From contig CAWAGQ010000004.1 in NCBI GenBank assembly GCA_963781585.1, positions 640,001 through 704,000 of the forward strand: 64,000 nt of DNA, written 5' to 3'. The number at the start of each line of letters is the position of its first letter. The first letter of the stretch is position 1. The notes under the pieces are model-generated. The model saw nothing but the letters and a program-made list of their open reading frames with translations. It did no database searches and had not been told where the DNA came from. The stretch is from an uncultured Gemmatimonadaceae bacterium (GTDB lineage Bacteria; Gemmatimonadota; Gemmatimonadetes; Gemmatimonadales; Gemmatimonadaceae). Position numbers and translations under genes: made by a program. This document shows positions 46,187-58,019 of this stretch, piece by piece.

Positions 46187-48736
46187 TCACACCGCGCGTG
46201 CGAAATGGCCCCGGGTGAAGGTCGTCCCAACAATGGCACGCGGCGCGTCCAGCGCCGGCCGCGCGGCTTGTGCCAGCGAATCGAGCGCGGCGGCGTATGC
46301 GCGCACCAGCCCGGCGACCGGATCACCATGGACGTTGAAGACGGCCCGGTACGCCCGTATCCCCGCGCTCCAGAGCCGCGGCAGGTATTCCGATGCCTCG
46401 ATGGGACGGGAATGCAGCAGGCGATTGCGGCAATGCGCATCGGTCGCCACGGGAAACGTGTATCCGGCGGGATCGGTGAGCGCCACGATGGGGTGCTTGT
46501 GTACGCACAGGTCCCGGCAAGTGGTGGGTTTGCGGTCGAATGCTGCCGAGAGCACGCAATGCTCCAGTGTCATCCCCTCGGGGCGACCGTAGATCAGCAC
46601 TTCGAAACGCTGTCCGCGCCACGGCGCGACCATTTCGGCCAGCTCATCCGCGGTGAGTTCGACGGACGCGGTGACACGAGTGGCGCCGCGGATCAGGATC
46701 TCGGCGGCGGTGTGCTGGTTGAAGCAATTGGCCGCGTAATCCACGACCACGTCGCGGCCAAGCGCGGCGAGCTCGGACGCCAGGCCGAGGTGTCCGGACA
46801 GGATTGGCAGATCGAGGGCCAGCCACTTCTCGAGCGAGCGATTCTCTTCCGGCCGGAGAATTGTCGGTGTCCGCAGTCGCAGCGCGATCCCGCGCGCGGC
46901 GAGCTCCCCGGCCAGCGAGCGCACGTGCGATGCCGACGGCGTCGGATGGCGAAGGAACGGATCGAACACGATTTCCGTGGCCCCGGCTCCGGCAGCCTGG
47001 TGGGCGTCGTCGTCGCAGAACACCTCGGCAACCAGCGCATAGCGCGGCGGTGGCAACGAGCTCCCGTTTCCGGCGTTTCCCCGGTCCGCGCTGGCTGTCC
47101 GTGGTGGCGCGATATCGGGCGCGCTGGCCTTTGGAGGAATCGCGACAATCGCGGTGTCGATAGCGCGCTGCCGCTCCGCGAGCCGCACCTGCTCCAGGTC
47201 ACGACGGCGTCGCAGTAGTTCGTCAACCGCCCGGCGTCGCATCTCATTCAGCTCTCGAACCGGGAGGAAGACACCGGAGGAGAGGCCCGCGCGATCGAGC
47301 GCCCCTAACGCGAAAGGCGTGTCGCCCAGGCGCGCCCAGTGCTCGCGCAGTCGCGGTTCGTCGAGCTCGTGCGCCCGAGCGATCGACAGCTGGCCTTCGC
47401 TTTCCACGGTGACGTCGAGTCCCACGCACGAAAACAGGGCGGTCAGGTGCGAACCGGCCCGACCGAAGGCGCGAACCTGGAGCGCGATCCGATCGGGTCC
47501 CGTGTCGGCGGAGAGCCCGCTGGTGCTGGCCCGGGCGCGGTCGATCAGCGCCGCGTCGGCGCTTCGCACCACGCGCCACCCAATGGGCACCGGTATTGGT
47601 GACCGGATCGCCTGGCGGACTGCTCCGGTGCGAGGCCCCAGCGCCCGCACGTCGCGCACACGAAACCCGCTGCTCGGCCCCGACGCGCCGGGGGGAGGCT
47701 CGAACCCGAGTCCGTCTCCCACGCGAACCGGTTCGGCTACCTCGATCGTGATCTCTCCCTTGCGGCTTCCGACGACGACGCCGAGTTCACGGCCGCGATT
47801 GTCCGGTTGGGTTCGGGTCACGTACGTGCGGCCGGCGCGGCCGTGCAGCATGCCGGCGGTGAACCCGCGGCTGTAGATCTGGACGAGCGGCGTCACGGCC
47901 TCCGGGGAAGGAATCGTGTCGTCGCCGCGGGCCAGCCGATCCAGGAACTGCCGATAACTCCTGGTCGCCACAGCGACGTACTCGGGCTTCTTCTTGCGCC
48001 CCTCGATCTTCAGGCAACCCACGCCCAGGTCGGCGAGCTGCGACAGCTCGTCATGCGCAGCCAGATCCCGGGCGGAGATCAGGTATCCGCGATCGAGCTC
48101 GTCGCCGGTGGCGCTATCGCGCAGGACGTAATCCTTGCGGCACGCCTGGGCGCACGATCCGCGGTTGGCGCTGCGGTCCGAGATCATCCCCGACATGAGG
48201 CACTGCCCGGAGTACGAAATGCAGAGCGCTCCGTGCACGAACGTCTCGAGGCCGAGCTCCGGCACCGCGTCACGGATCGCGCGCAGATCGTCCAGCGTAT
48301 TCTCGCGTGCCATGACCACCCTTTGCACACCGAGCTCACGCAACAGTCTCGCGCCGCGCTCGTCGTGAACCGTGAGTTGCGTGGAACCGTGGAGCTCGAA
48401 TCCCGGAAAGACCTGGTGGATGAGCCGGATCAGCCCGATGTCCTGGACGATCGCGGCATGGATGCCTTGATCGATCGCACGTCCCAGGAGATCGAGCGCC
48501 GGCGCGAGCTCGGCGGGCTTGACGAGCGTGTTGAGGGTGAGGTAGAGGCGCACGCCGTGGGCGCGGGCGAGTGCGCCCGCCTGCCCGAGTTCCTCGACCG
48601 TAAGCTGGGCGCCCTCGTCGCGGGCGTTGAAGCGCTCGACGCCGAGGTACACGGCGTCGGCGCCATTGGCCACGGCTGCCCGCACAGCCTCGAGCGAGCC
48701 GGCCGGTGCAAGAAGCTCCGGGATGCGTCGCGTCAT
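46187..48736 (-). CDS. peptidase U32 family protein (RlhA-like rRNA hydroxylase, long form)
   Basis: PELLAPAGS, GADAVYLG, HGSTQ, FVHGALCISYSGQC, ANRGSCAQACR, LKIEGRKK. Confidence 0.9.
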   Translation of the reverse strand: MTRRIPELLAPAGSLEAVRAAVANGADAVYLGVERFNARDEGAQLTVEELGQAGALARAHGVRLYLTLNTLVKPAELAPALDLLGRAIDQGIHAAIVQDIGLIRLIHQVFPGFELHGSTQLTVHDERGARLLRELGVQRVVMARENTLDDLRAIRDAVPELGLETFVHGALCISYSGQCLMSGMISDRSANRGSCAQACRKDYVLRDSATGDELDRGYLISARDLAAHDELSQLADLGVGCLKIEGRKKKPEYVAVATRSYRQFLDRLARGDDTIPSPEAVTPLVQIYSRGFTAGMLHGRAGRTYVTRTQPDNRGRELGVVVGSRKGEITIEVAEPVRVGDGLGFEPPPGASGPSSGFRVRDVRALGPRTGAVRQAIRSPIPVPIGWRVVRSADAALIDRARASTSGLSADTGPDRIALQVRAFGRAGSHLTALFSCVGLDVTVESEGQLSIARAHELDEPRLREHWARLGDTPFALGALDRAGLSSGVFLPVRELNEMRRRAVDELLRRRRDLEQVRLAERQRAIDTAIVAIPPKASAPDIAPPRTASADRGNAGNGSSLPPPRYALVAEVFCDDDAHQAAGAGATEIVFDPFLRHPTPSASHVRSLAGELAARGIALRLRTPTILRPEENRSLEKWLALDLPILSGHLGLASELAALGRDVVVDYAANCFNQHTAAEILIRGATRVTASVELTADELAEMVAPWRGQRFEVLIYGRPEGMTLEHCVLSAAFDRKPTTCRDLCVHKHPIVALTDPAGYTFPVATDAHCRNRLLHSRPIEASEYLPRLWSAGIRAYRAVFNVHGDPVAGLVRAYAAALDSLAQAARPALDAPRAIVGTTFTRGHFARAV

Positions 48737-48747
48737 CCTCGATGAAG

Positions 48748-48915
48748 CTAGCGCGGCGCGCGGTCGCGCGGCTTCACGAAGCGAAGCACCCAGGCCGCGG
48801 CCACGATCGCGATGCCCACCATGCGCAGACGCGAGTGGTCCAGCCGCACCCCAACGGCAAAGACACCGACGCCGATGATGGCGAGCGCGAGTTTGACGCG
48901 GGTGAGCAGGGTCAT
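48748..48915 (-). CDS. small two-TM membrane protein, 55 aa (absent from ORF track)
   Basis: MTLLTRVKLALAIIGVGVFAVGVRLDHSRLRMVGIAIVAAAWVLRFVKPRDRAPR; ATGA-coupled to the upstream gene. Confidence 0.6.
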   Translation of the reverse strand: MTLLTRVKLALAIIGVGVFAVGVRLDHSRLRMVGIAIVAAAWVLRFVKPRDRAPR

Positions 48916-49301
48916 GGGGGCGACCAGGCGGCGGACCGTGACGCGGCAGCCGGCACGCCGGGCAGCGCGAGGCGGCGTGCTTCGTCGTCAGGCACGTCGA
49001 GCACCATCCGCAGCAAGGCCGTGGAAAAGACCTTGCCCTGGGCGTCGGTCTTGAGCGACAACGTGCCGCCGCCGTCGAGGGCGCCATGCAGGAGGAAGTT
49101 GAGAGCGCCGAGGTTGGGCAGATCGAACCGTTCCACTCCGCCAGTGATCATCCCGCGGAAGTGTGCCGCCACCCGTTCAACCGTGAGCTCCCGGGCGAGC
49201 ACGGCATACCAGTCCGGCCTGAGGGCGATGACGCCCACGTTCGCCGTGTCGCCCTTGTCGCCCGATCGGGCATGCGCGATGTCGACCAGTCGCACGTTCA
49301 C
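48912..49301 (-). CDS. AtuA C-terminal-like stand-alone protein
   Basis: IAHARSGDKGDTANVGVIA...LNFLLHGALDGGGTLSLKTDAQGK. Confidence 0.85.
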   Translation of the reverse strand: MNVRLVDIAHARSGDKGDTANVGVIALRPDWYAVLARELTVERVAAHFRGMITGGVERFDLPNLGALNFLLHGALDGGGTLSLKTDAQGKVFSTALLRMVLDVPDDEARRLALPGVPAAASRSAAWSPP

Positions 49302-49422
49302 GGTGCAACTCGCCGACTGCGCTTCGAGGAGCTCGCGGCGTTCGAGCCATGCGCCGCCGGTGGCGCATCCGGATGCCCGGCGCGTGCATTCCGCACACGC
49401 GGTGCGGCGGGCGTGACGCGCT

Positions 49423-50784
49423 TCACGTGACGAGCTCCACGCGCGTCTCGACGGCTGTCTTGTCGATGAGCGCGGGCCAGTATGCCACGATCTCCTCCAC
49501 CTTGGGCCGACCGCCGGCGAAGCCGGTGACGGTGGGGGGGCCGTTGAGCACCAGCGGGGCGATTTCCCGGGTGAATCGCGCCACCGGCGCCTGATCCGCG
49601 GAGCGCACGCCGACACGCAGCTGGACCTCGGGGAAATCGCACGGCTCGTGGACCAGCGGACCGTGCGTGGCGTTGGCGCCCACGAACTCGGTCACGATCG
49701 CATCGAACCGCAAGCCCAGCCTGGCGAGACGCTCGCGGAGCACACGATCGGCACGCTGGGCCTTGGCGAGAGCCTGGGGCCAGGCATAGACGAGGGTCCC
49801 CACCGCCTTGAAGCCCGCGCGATAGGCGATCGAGACCTTGAGCCTGTCGGTCGGCGGCTTCCCGACGATGTCCGAGACGTGCACGCGGTCAGGGCCGGCC
49901 TGGGTGAGCCGGATGCTGGTGAAGTCGGCGACGACGTCCGGCGTGATATAGGAGCGCGGGTCGCCCATCTCGTAGACGAGTTGCTCGGTAACCGACGGAA
50001 CGGAAATGCGGCCCCCGGTGCCGGGATGCTTGGTGATGTCGAAGGAGCCGTCGGGGTGCGCCTCGACGATCGGATATCCGACATTGGCGAGGTCAGGGAT
50101 CGTTTCCCAGTCGTGGAGGCAGTTCCCTCCCGAGCACTGGGCGCCGCATTCGATGATGTGTCCGGCGATGATGCCGGCGGCGAGCCGGTTCCAGTCACCG
50201 GCCTGCCAGCCGAACTCGAAGCGAAGGGGCGCCATGGTGAGGGCGGTGTCGGTGGACCGTCCCGTGACGACCACATTGGCCCCCATGCCTAACGCCTCGA
50301 CGATCGGTCCGGAACCGAGGTAGGCGTTGGCGGCGAGGACGCGGTCACGGACGCGGGAGAGGGGATCACCGGTGTCCATGTTCGAGAGGGCGTGGCCTTC
50401 CGCCAGCAGCGCGTCGAGCCGGGGCAGGAGATCGTCGCCGGTCACAACGCCCAGCCGGAGCTTTCCCCTGACGCGACGTGCGTCGGCGAGCGCAAGCAGG
50501 GCCTTTGCGCAGGCCCCCGGATTGACGCCGCCGGCGTTGGCGACCACCCTGACGCCCCGCTCGACCACGGCCGACAGGACGCTGTCGACCGCGTCGACGA
50601 AATCGCGGGCGAATCCGGCATCGGGGTCGCGTTCCTTCTGCTTCTGCAGAATGGACATCGTGACCTCGGCCAGATAGTCGAGCATGAGGTAGTCGATCGG
50701 GCCACCGGCGACCTGCCGTCGCGGCGCCTCGAGCCAGTCGCCCCAGAAACCCTGTCCGGCGGCCACGCGCACCGTGCTCTTCAT
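49423..50784 (-). CDS. atuA: acyclic terpene utilization AtuA family protein (DUF1446)
   Basis: [60 protein letters not shown]. Confidence 0.9.
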   Translation of the reverse strand: MKSTVRVAAGQGFWGDWLEAPRRQVAGGPIDYLMLDYLAEVTMSILQKQKERDPDAGFARDFVDAVDSVLSAVVERGVRVVANAGGVNPGACAKALLALADARRVRGKLRLGVVTGDDLLPRLDALLAEGHALSNMDTGDPLSRVRDRVLAANAYLGSGPIVEALGMGANVVVTGRSTDTALTMAPLRFEFGWQAGDWNRLAAGIIAGHIIECGAQCSGGNCLHDWETIPDLANVGYPIVEAHPDGSFDITKHPGTGGRISVPSVTEQLVYEMGDPRSYITPDVVADFTSIRLTQAGPDRVHVSDIVGKPPTDRLKVSIAYRAGFKAVGTLVYAWPQALAKAQRADRVLRERLARLGLRFDAIVTEFVGANATHGPLVHEPCDFPEVQLRVGVRSADQAPVARFTREIAPLVLNGPPTVTGFAGGRPKVEEIVAYWPALIDKTAVETRVELVT

Positions 50785-52403
50785 CGCACCGCGTCCGGTT
50801 GCGGCGGGAGAACGAACGGTCCGATATGGGGCCCCGGATTGTGCAGGGCGGCGCGCAGCGCGCAGGCCAGAACCTGACGGGTATTCTCGGGATACACGAT
50901 CGCGTCCACAAATCCGCGCGCGGCCGCATAACGCGCATCGAGCTGATGCTCGTAGTCGGCCCGCAGCTCCTCCATCGCATCGACCACCGCGGGATCGGGA
51001 GACTGGTCGCGCTCGCGCGCCTCCTCGAGGGCACGGCCATGCACCGCCTGCACGGCCGCCTCCCCCTCCATCACGCCCATGCGGCCGGTGGGCCAGGTGA
51101 AGATGAAATCGGGGTCGAATCCCTGCCCGGCCATGGCGTAGTAGCCGGCGCCCGAGGCGTGATTGACGGTCAGGACGATCTTCGGCACGCGCGCGCACGA
51201 CATCGCTTCGACCCAGCGCGCGCCGGCCCGGATGATGCCCGCGTGCTCGGCCTCCGGTCCCACCATGAATCCCGAGACGTCCTGGACGAACAGGAGCGGA
51301 ATTCCCTCGCGGTCGCATCGGTCGATGAAGAACGCCACTTTTTCCGAACTCTCGGGGTAGACGATTCCGCCAAACCGTGGCTTCTCGCCCGGATGACCGC
51401 GCACGATGCCGCGCTGGTTGGCGATGACGCCGACCGCGATGCCGTCGATGCGGGCGTCGGCGCAGATCATTTCGCGCGCCAGGTTCTGCTGGAATTCGTC
51501 GAGCGCCCCGTCGTCGACCAGGGCGCGCAGCACCGCGTGCATGTCGTACGACATCCGGTGGTCGGAAGGGAGGAGGTCATAGAGCACGTCGCCGACGGCG
51601 GTGGATGCCGGGTCGCGTGCGGTGTCCCCGTGGCCGGCGCGAGGCTCGTACGGCAGCCGCGCAACGAGCTCCCGCAGTTTTTCCACGCAGGCCGCGTCAT
51701 CGTCCACGGCGTAGTGGGCGACGCCGCTGGTCTCGGTGTGGGTGACGGCGCCGCCCAGGGTTTCCGCATCGATGACCTGTCCGGTGGCTCCCTTCACGAG
51801 GTTGGGGCCCCCGAGTCCCATGAAGGACGTTCCCTTCACCATCACGATCTCGTCCGACAGCGCCGGCAGGTACGCCCCACCGGCCACGCACTGCCCCATG
51901 ACGGCGGCGATCTGCGGCACGCGCAGGAAGCGCCGCATGATGGAGTTGTAGTAGAACAGACGAGCGGCGCCGTACTGACCGGGGAAGACGCCGCCCTGGT
52001 AGGGGAGGTTCACGCCGGCCGAGTCCACCAGGTAGATGATCGGGATGCGGCAGCGCATCGCGATTTCCTGGGCGCGGAGCATCTTCCTGATCGTCTCCGG
52101 CCACCACGAGCCGGCCTTCACCGTGGCATCGTTGGCGACGATCACGACCTCGCGGCCTGCCACCACGCCGATGCCGGTCACCACGCCGGCGGACGGGGCC
52201 TGTCCGTCGTAGGCATCGCAGGCGACGAGCAGCCCGATCTCGAGGAAGGTGTCGGGGTCATCGACCAGGCGGGCGACACGTTCGCGAGCGGTCAGCTTGC
52301 CCTGGGCGTGCTGGCGGGCAATCCGATCCGGGCCGCCGCCCTGACGGATGCGCTCCTCCAGCGCTCGGACCTGGGCGCTGAGTTCGCGCAGACGGCTGGT
52401 CAC
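50781..52403 (-). CDS. acyl-CoA carboxylase, carboxyltransferase subunit
   Basis: [53 protein letters not shown] start coupled to the upstream stop. Confidence 0.93.
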   Translation of the reverse strand: MTSRLRELSAQVRALEERIRQGGGPDRIARQHAQGKLTARERVARLVDDPDTFLEIGLLVACDAYDGQAPSAGVVTGIGVVAGREVVIVANDATVKAGSWWPETIRKMLRAQEIAMRCRIPIIYLVDSAGVNLPYQGGVFPGQYGAARLFYYNSIMRRFLRVPQIAAVMGQCVAGGAYLPALSDEIVMVKGTSFMGLGGPNLVKGATGQVIDAETLGGAVTHTETSGVAHYAVDDDAACVEKLRELVARLPYEPRAGHGDTARDPASTAVGDVLYDLLPSDHRMSYDMHAVLRALVDDGALDEFQQNLAREMICADARIDGIAVGVIANQRGIVRGHPGEKPRFGGIVYPESSEKVAFFIDRCDREGIPLLFVQDVSGFMVGPEAEHAGIIRAGARWVEAMSCARVPKIVLTVNHASGAGYYAMAGQGFDPDFIFTWPTGRMGVMEGEAAVQAVHGRALEEARERDQSPDPAVVDAMEELRADYEHQLDARYAAARGFVDAIVYPENTRQVLACALRAALHNPGPHIGPFVLPPQPDAVR

Positions 52404-52813
52404 GCTTCCTGCGTCTGCCGGCTCGTGAACCACTGGCGGATGTACTCCACCAGCGCTGAGGTGGACGTGCCCGGACCGAACAGCTGTCCGATGCCCTGCG
52501 CCTGCAGCGCCTCCATGTCCTCGTGGGGGATGATCCCGCCGCCGGTGATCAGGACATCCTCCCGGCCGGCGTCGACCAGCAGCTGCCTAACGCGTGGAAA
52601 GAGGGTCATGTGCGCGCCGCTGAGAATCGAAAGCCCCACCACGTCCACGTCCTCCTGGATCGCGGCGTTGGCGATCATCTCGGGGGTCTGGTGGAGTCCC
52701 GTGTAGATGACCTCCATGCCGGCGTCGCGGAGCGCCGCGGCGACGACCTTGGCGCCGCGGTCGTGGCCGTCGAGACCGGGTTTGGCGATGAGCACGCGAA
52801 TGGGTCGGGACAT
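52400..52813 (-). CDS. acyl-CoA mutase small (cobalamin-binding) subunit
   Basis: [27 protein letters not shown]. Confidence 0.95.
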   Translation of the reverse strand: MSRPIRVLIAKPGLDGHDRGAKVVAAALRDAGMEVIYTGLHQTPEMIANAAIQEDVDVVGLSILSGAHMTLFPRVRQLLVDAGREDVLITGGGIIPHEDMEALQAQGIGQLFGPGTSTSALVEYIRQWFTSRQTQEA

Positions 52814-52969
52814 CGAAGGAGGCGAGCGCGTTTCCAGTGGCCGAGCCGCGAGTGTGGTGTATCCTAGCGCATTGGCGGAACGAGTGGCAGGCGATGCGCC
52901 CCGACGGGGCCGGACCGCGTGCGAGACCGTGCGGCGTCACCGTCGCAGACGGGGGATGCCGAGGCGCCT

Positions 52970-54664
52970 CTAGAAGAACACCGGCTCGCGGTAGGCGCCG
53001 AACACCTCCTCCATGGCGTGCCGGATCTCGAACAGCGTGGCGTAGGCGCGCGCGCAGTCGAGGATCAGGGGCACCAGATTGGCATCGGTGCGGGCCGCGT
53101 CGCGCAACGCGTCGAGCCGACGCCTGACGAGCGCCGCGTCGCGGGAGGCGCGCAGGGCCGCCAGCCGCTCGCGCTGTTCGCGGTCCACGCTGTCGGCCAC
53201 GCGCAGGACCGGAATCGTGAGCTCGTCCTCCCCGGTCGCGAATGCGTTGACGCCGACAACCAGGCGCCGGTGCTGCTCGACTTCCCACTGCTGGCGGGCC
53301 GCCGATTCGGCGATCCGTCGTTGAAACCACCCCTGCTCGATTCCCCGCACCACACCGCCGATGGCCTCGATCTCCTGGAACATCCCCTCGGCCTCCCGCT
53401 CGAGGCGGTCGGTGAGCGCCTCCAGGTAGTATGAACCGCCCAGCGGATCGATCACATTGGGGACTCCGCTCTCGAAGGCGAGGACCTGCTGCGTGCGCAA
53501 TGCCACCTGCGCCGCGGCCTCGGTCGGGAGGGCGAGGGTCTCGTCCATGGAGTTCGTGTGCAGTGACTGGGTCCCGCCCAGCACCGCCGCCAGCGCCTGA
53601 TAGGCCACCCGCACCACGTTGTTCATGGGCTGCTGCGCGGTGAGCGTGACACCGGCCGTCTGCGAGTGGAAGCGCAGGGACCACGACCGCGGGTCGCGCG
53701 CGCCGAAGTCCTCGCGAAGGTGACGCGCCCAGATGCGCCGAGCCGCGCGCAGCTTGGCAATCTCCTCGAAGAAGTCGTTGTGGATGTCGAAGAAGAACGA
53801 GAGGCGCGGCGCGAACAGGTCGACGTCGAGCCCGCGCGCCCGGCCGCGCTCCACGTAGGTGAATCCGTTGGCCAGCGTGAATGCGAGCTCCTGCGCCGCG
53901 GTGGCCCCGGCCTCGCGGATGTGGTAGCCGGAAATGGAGATGGTATTCCATTTCGGCGCGTGCGCCGCGCCCCACTCGAACAGGTCCTCGATCAGGCGCA
54001 GCGCCGGCTCGATGGGATAGCACCAGGCGTGCTGCGCCATGTACTCCTTGAGAATGTCGTTCTGCACCGTGCCGCGGAGCGCCTCCGGTGCGACGCCCTG
54101 TTTCTCCGCCGCCGCGACGTACATGCAGAACAGGATCACGGCCGGGCCGTTGATGGTCATCGACGTCGACACACGGTCGAGCGGAATGCCGTCGAACAGG
54201 ATCTCCATGTCGGCGAGACTCGAGATCGCCACCCCGGTCTTTCCCACTTCGCCCTCCGACCGCGGATGGTCGGAGTCGTAGCCCATCAGCGTCGGGAAAT
54301 CGAACGCTGTGGAGAGGCCGGTCTGTCCCTGCTCGAGCAGGAACTTGAACCGCTGGTTGGTATCGCGTGCGCTCCCGAATCCGGCGAACTGCCGCATGGT
54401 CCACAGCCGGCCGCGGTAGCCGGTGGGGTGGATGCCGCGGGTGAACGGATACGTCCCGGGAACGGGCAGCTGCGCCGGATCGCGCTCCGCGCCGTCGAGC
54501 GCCGTGTAGAGGGGATCGACCTCGCCCCCGGAATTCGCGAAGGCGATTTCGCGCTTTTCCGCGCGGTCGTATAGGGCCTGCCACCGGGCCACCTCGTCCC
54601 GAAGGCGCTCGATGTGAGCCCGCTGCTCGCGCACGGCATCCGACAATTCGCGTAGTGACGTCAT
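52970..54664 (-). CDS. B12-dependent acyl-CoA mutase large subunit, isobutyryl-CoA mutase-type residues
   Basis: [48 protein letters not shown]. Confidence 0.92.
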   Translation of the reverse strand: MTSLRELSDAVREQRAHIERLRDEVARWQALYDRAEKREIAFANSGGEVDPLYTALDGAERDPAQLPVPGTYPFTRGIHPTGYRGRLWTMRQFAGFGSARDTNQRFKFLLEQGQTGLSTAFDFPTLMGYDSDHPRSEGEVGKTGVAISSLADMEILFDGIPLDRVSTSMTINGPAVILFCMYVAAAEKQGVAPEALRGTVQNDILKEYMAQHAWCYPIEPALRLIEDLFEWGAAHAPKWNTISISGYHIREAGATAAQELAFTLANGFTYVERGRARGLDVDLFAPRLSFFFDIHNDFFEEIAKLRAARRIWARHLREDFGARDPRSWSLRFHSQTAGVTLTAQQPMNNVVRVAYQALAAVLGGTQSLHTNSMDETLALPTEAAAQVALRTQQVLAFESGVPNVIDPLGGSYYLEALTDRLEREAEGMFQEIEAIGGVVRGIEQGWFQRRIAESAARQQWEVEQHRRLVVGVNAFATGEDELTIPVLRVADSVDREQRERLAALRASRDAALVRRRLDALRDAARTDANLVPLILDCARAYATLFEIRHAMEEVFGAYREPVFF

Positions 54665-55752
54665 GGCTCAGTCCGCGCGATAACGTGAGCGCCCCGAGCG
54701 AGAAGCTCGTCGGCGATTCCGAACGGCGACAGTTCACCCGACTCGATGCGGGGGAGCATCTGGTCGATGAACGCCTGGACCGCGGCGTCGCCCCAGAGGC
54801 GTCGGCGCAACCGGTACTCGGCGACATCCACGATCTGTTCCCGCAGCCGCCGGTGACGTCGCCGCCTCAGGTCGCCGCTGTGCTCAAGATAACGCACATG
54901 GCGGTCGAGCGCGGCGATCATCTCGTCGATTCCCTCCCCGCGAACCGCGACCGTCTTGATCACCGGCGGAACCCACACATCGCCTGCCTCGCGAGCAGCG
55001 TCTTCGCGGGCGGCACGTCCCGGATTCAACACCGGCGCGAACTCGACGCCGTGGTGCGCCGGCGCGCCCTGGAGCGCGTGGCCGCGCCGAAGGCCGAGCA
55101 TCAGCTCCAGATCGTTGCGCACCCGGTCGGCTCCCGGCCGGTCGGCCTTGTTCACGATGAACAGGTCGGCGATTTCCATGAGCCCGGCTTTGAGGGTCTG
55201 AATCGAATCGCCCGACTCCGGCACCAGAATGACCACGGTGGAGTCGCAGACCCCCGCGATCTCGAGCTCGCTCTGCCCCACCCCGACTGTCTCCATGAGG
55301 ACGCGGTCGAAGCCATAGGCATCCAGTACGTCGGCGACTGCGCGCATGGCGCCGGAGATGCCGCCGAGCGAACCGCGGGTGGCGAGGGACCGGATGTACA
55401 CGCCGGGGTCGAGCGCCACCGCCTCCATGCGGATGCGGTCGCCCAGCAGCGCACCGCCGGTGAACGGCGAGGTGGGATCGACCGCGATGACGCCGACGGT
55501 GAGTCCTGCCTGACGATAGGCGGCGACGAGGCGGCTGGTGATGGTGCTCTTGCCGGCGCCGGGAGGGCCGGTGAGACCGATTCGTCTGGCGCGTCCCAGC
55601 CGGCCGTGCAGGCTGCCCAGCAACTCCTCGAAGCCCGGCCGCTGGTTCTCGACCAGACTGACCGCCCGGGCCAGCGCGGCCGGCTTGCGGGCGTCGAAAT
55701 CGGCGAGCAGGCGCGCCAGCGCACTGGAGCGATCTGCTGAGGTGGTCGTCAT
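54661..55752 (-). CDS. meaB: mutase-associated GTPase
   Basis: [51 protein letters not shown]. Confidence 0.95.
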   Translation of the reverse strand: MTTTSADRSSALARLLADFDARKPAALARAVSLVENQRPGFEELLGSLHGRLGRARRIGLTGPPGAGKSTITSRLVAAYRQAGLTVGVIAVDPTSPFTGGALLGDRIRMEAVALDPGVYIRSLATRGSLGGISGAMRAVADVLDAYGFDRVLMETVGVGQSELEIAGVCDSTVVILVPESGDSIQTLKAGLMEIADLFIVNKADRPGADRVRNDLELMLGLRRGHALQGAPAHHGVEFAPVLNPGRAAREDAAREAGDVWVPPVIKTVAVRGEGIDEMIAALDRHVRYLEHSGDLRRRRHRRLREQIVDVAEYRLRRRLWGDAAVQAFIDQMLPRIESGELSPFGIADELLARGAHVIARTEP

Positions 55753-55797
55753 CGTGAACCGCCGTTTCTCGGCCCGAGGCGGCGCCTCATCGATTGC

Positions 55798-56784
55798 TCA
55801 CGGGTGCGCCGCACGGACGGTGCTTCGGACCCCCGGCTCGTCGTGCTCGTCGCGGATATCGCCGACGAGTTCTTCGAGCAGGTCCTCGAGCGTGACGATG
55901 CCAAGGGTCGAGCCGGCGTCGTCGCGCACGACCGCCAGGTGTTTCCGATCCCGGAGCATCGCGAAGAGCAGTTCCTTGCAGGATGCCGAAGGCCGCGCGA
56001 ACGCGACCGGCCGAAGCTCCGGCCACGCGCCATTGGAATGTTTGAGGATGTCGAAGACGTGTACCATGCCCACGATCTGGTCGATCGACCCCCGGCAGAC
56101 GGGAACGCGACTGTATTCGGCGCGCGCGACGAGCGCCGCGAGCTGGGCGGGGGCGACGCTCCGGTCCACGACAAACACGTCGGCGCGGGGCGTCATCACG
56201 TCCCCCGCCCGTTTCTCGCCGAACTGCAGCACGCCGCTGATGATGGCGAATTCGGTCGCGGCGCCGATTCCCTCGAGTTCGCCTTCGCGCATCAGCTCCT
56301 CGAGGGCCTCGTCGCCGGTTTGCGGGCGTCGCAGCTGATCGTGGGCGCGTTCACCGGTCAGACCACGGACCACGCGCAGCGCCGGCGACAGGAGCAACTC
56401 CACCACGCGCAGCGGCGGCAGCAGCGCGGGAACAAGCGCGGTCGCCCAGCGGCGCGCGATCGCGCGCGGGACGAGCTGGCCCGCTACCAGGAGCGCCACC
56501 GCATAGGCGATTGCCGTGGGCAACACGACGAGCGGCACGCTCCGGATGCTGGTTCCGATGTCGACACCGGCGGCGAAGACCGTGAGCGAGACGGCGGTGG
56601 TGGCCGCGAGAAGCATGCGGTGCGGGCGGTCGAGATACAGCGCCGCGGTGCCCGAGCCCCGCAGTTGCTGCTCCACCCAGTGCCGGAGCCAGATGCGACT
56701 TACCGAGCGGACGGCCGTGGCGGCGGCCGTGAGCCAGGCGACGACTGCGATCGAGGCCAGCAGCATCGTGCTCCACAGGATCAT
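55798..56784 (-). CDS. CNNM/hemolysin-family CBS-domain membrane protein
   Basis: TM region, VMTPRADV, YSRVPV, GIVTLEDLLEELVGDIRDEHD. Confidence 0.88.
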   Translation of the reverse strand: MILWSTMLLASIAVVAWLTAAATAVRSVSRIWLRHWVEQQLRGSGTAALYLDRPHRMLLAATTAVSLTVFAAGVDIGTSIRSVPLVVLPTAIAYAVALLVAGQLVPRAIARRWATALVPALLPPLRVVELLLSPALRVVRGLTGERAHDQLRRPQTGDEALEELMREGELEGIGAATEFAIISGVLQFGEKRAGDVMTPRADVFVVDRSVAPAQLAALVARAEYSRVPVCRGSIDQIVGMVHVFDILKHSNGAWPELRPVAFARPSASCKELLFAMLRDRKHLAVVRDDAGSTLGIVTLEDLLEELVGDIRDEHDEPGVRSTVRAAHP

Positions 56785-58019
56785 GCGGCGTGCTCCGCGT
56801 CGAGTGCCGTGCGTTCGAAGTAGACCCGGCGCACGCGCCGCCGGTCCACGCGTTCGACCACGACGCGGAATCCGTCGAGCACGAATTCCTCGCCCGATCT
56901 TGGCACGCGTCCGAGGCGCTCATACACCAGGCCGCCCACGGTCGACACGTCGTCCCGGTGGAAGTCGTGGCCCAGCAGTTCCGACAGTTCCGTGAGCGTA
57001 AGCCTCGCCGACACCCAGAATCGCCGCCCTTCCTCCTGGACGACGGAGGCCTCCTCCTCGTCGTACTCGTCACGGATGTCGCCGACGATCTCCTCCAGCA
57101 CGTCTTCGATGGTGATGAGGCCGGCGGTGCCGCCGAACTCGTCGACCACGATCGCCATGTGGGTTCGGCTTGCCTGAAAGTCGCGGAGCTGGACATCGGC
57201 CTTCTTGGCGCCTGGAATGAAGACCGCGGGCCGCACCAGGGCGGGCCAACCGCCCGCCGGTGGCTCGTCGCTCACCACCGTGGGCAGCAGGTCCTTGGCG
57301 TAGAGGACGCCGACGATGTTGTCGATGGTGTCGCTGTACACCGGAAGTCTGGCGTGCTCGGAGCTGCGGACGCGGTCGACGACTTCCGACCAGGGCGCTT
57401 CGCGATCGATGGCGATGACGTCCACTCGCGGGACCATGACATCGTGGACGTCGGTCTGGGCGAGACGAAAGACGCCGTTGAGCAACACGGCCTCGTCTTT
57501 CGAGACGTCTGCTTCGGCGGCCACCACGGCCTTGAACTGTTCGGCGGTTGCTTCGCGTTCCTCCTCGGCGCGCTCGGGCGGCGGGAGCAGGAGGTGCAAT
57601 CCGCGGTCGATGATCTCGCCGAGCACGACGACGGGAGCGAGGAGATTCTCGAGCGCGCGGATGAACGGCAACAGACGCTCGGCGGCGGGCGCGCCAATGG
57701 TGTCGCCGGCGCTCCGCGCGACGCTCTCGGCGAGTCCGACCAGCAGGACCGCGGCGGCGATGGTGGTTGCCATCCACGCGACAGTGGAACGGGTCCACGA
57801 TGCGGCGACGACGGCGGTACCGATTCCGGCGCCGAGGTGCCCCAGCACGCGGGCGAAGGCGAGCGCGCGGTGCGCGCGTTCGCGGCGGGCGTGCAGGGCG
57901 ACCAGCGGCGGCGAGAGCGCGTCGTCGGGGTCCAGGGAGAGCATCGCGCCGTCGGCGGCCGCGCAGAGGGCCGCCAGCGCCGCGGCGGCGAGGGCGAACA
58001 GCATGGCGGCCACGCTCAC
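56781..58019 (-). CDS. HlyC/CorC family CBS-domain membrane protein
   Basis: VMVPRVDV, HARLPVY, VVDEFGGTAGLITIEDVLEEIVGDIRDEYD, C-terminal CorC_HlyC domain. Confidence 0.9.
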   Translation of the reverse strand: MSVAAMLFALAAAALAALCAAADGAMLSLDPDDALSPPLVALHARRERAHRALAFARVLGHLGAGIGTAVVAASWTRSTVAWMATTIAAAVLLVGLAESVARSAGDTIGAPAAERLLPFIRALENLLAPVVVLGEIIDRGLHLLLPPPERAEEEREATAEQFKAVVAAEADVSKDEAVLLNGVFRLAQTDVHDVMVPRVDVIAIDREAPWSEVVDRVRSSEHARLPVYSDTIDNIVGVLYAKDLLPTVVSDEPPAGGWPALVRPAVFIPGAKKADVQLRDFQASRTHMAIVVDEFGGTAGLITIEDVLEEIVGDIRDEYDEEEASVVQEEGRRFWVSARLTLTELSELLGHDFHRDDVSTVGGLVYERLGRVPRSGEEFVLDGFRVVVERVDRRRVRRVYFERTALDAEHAA

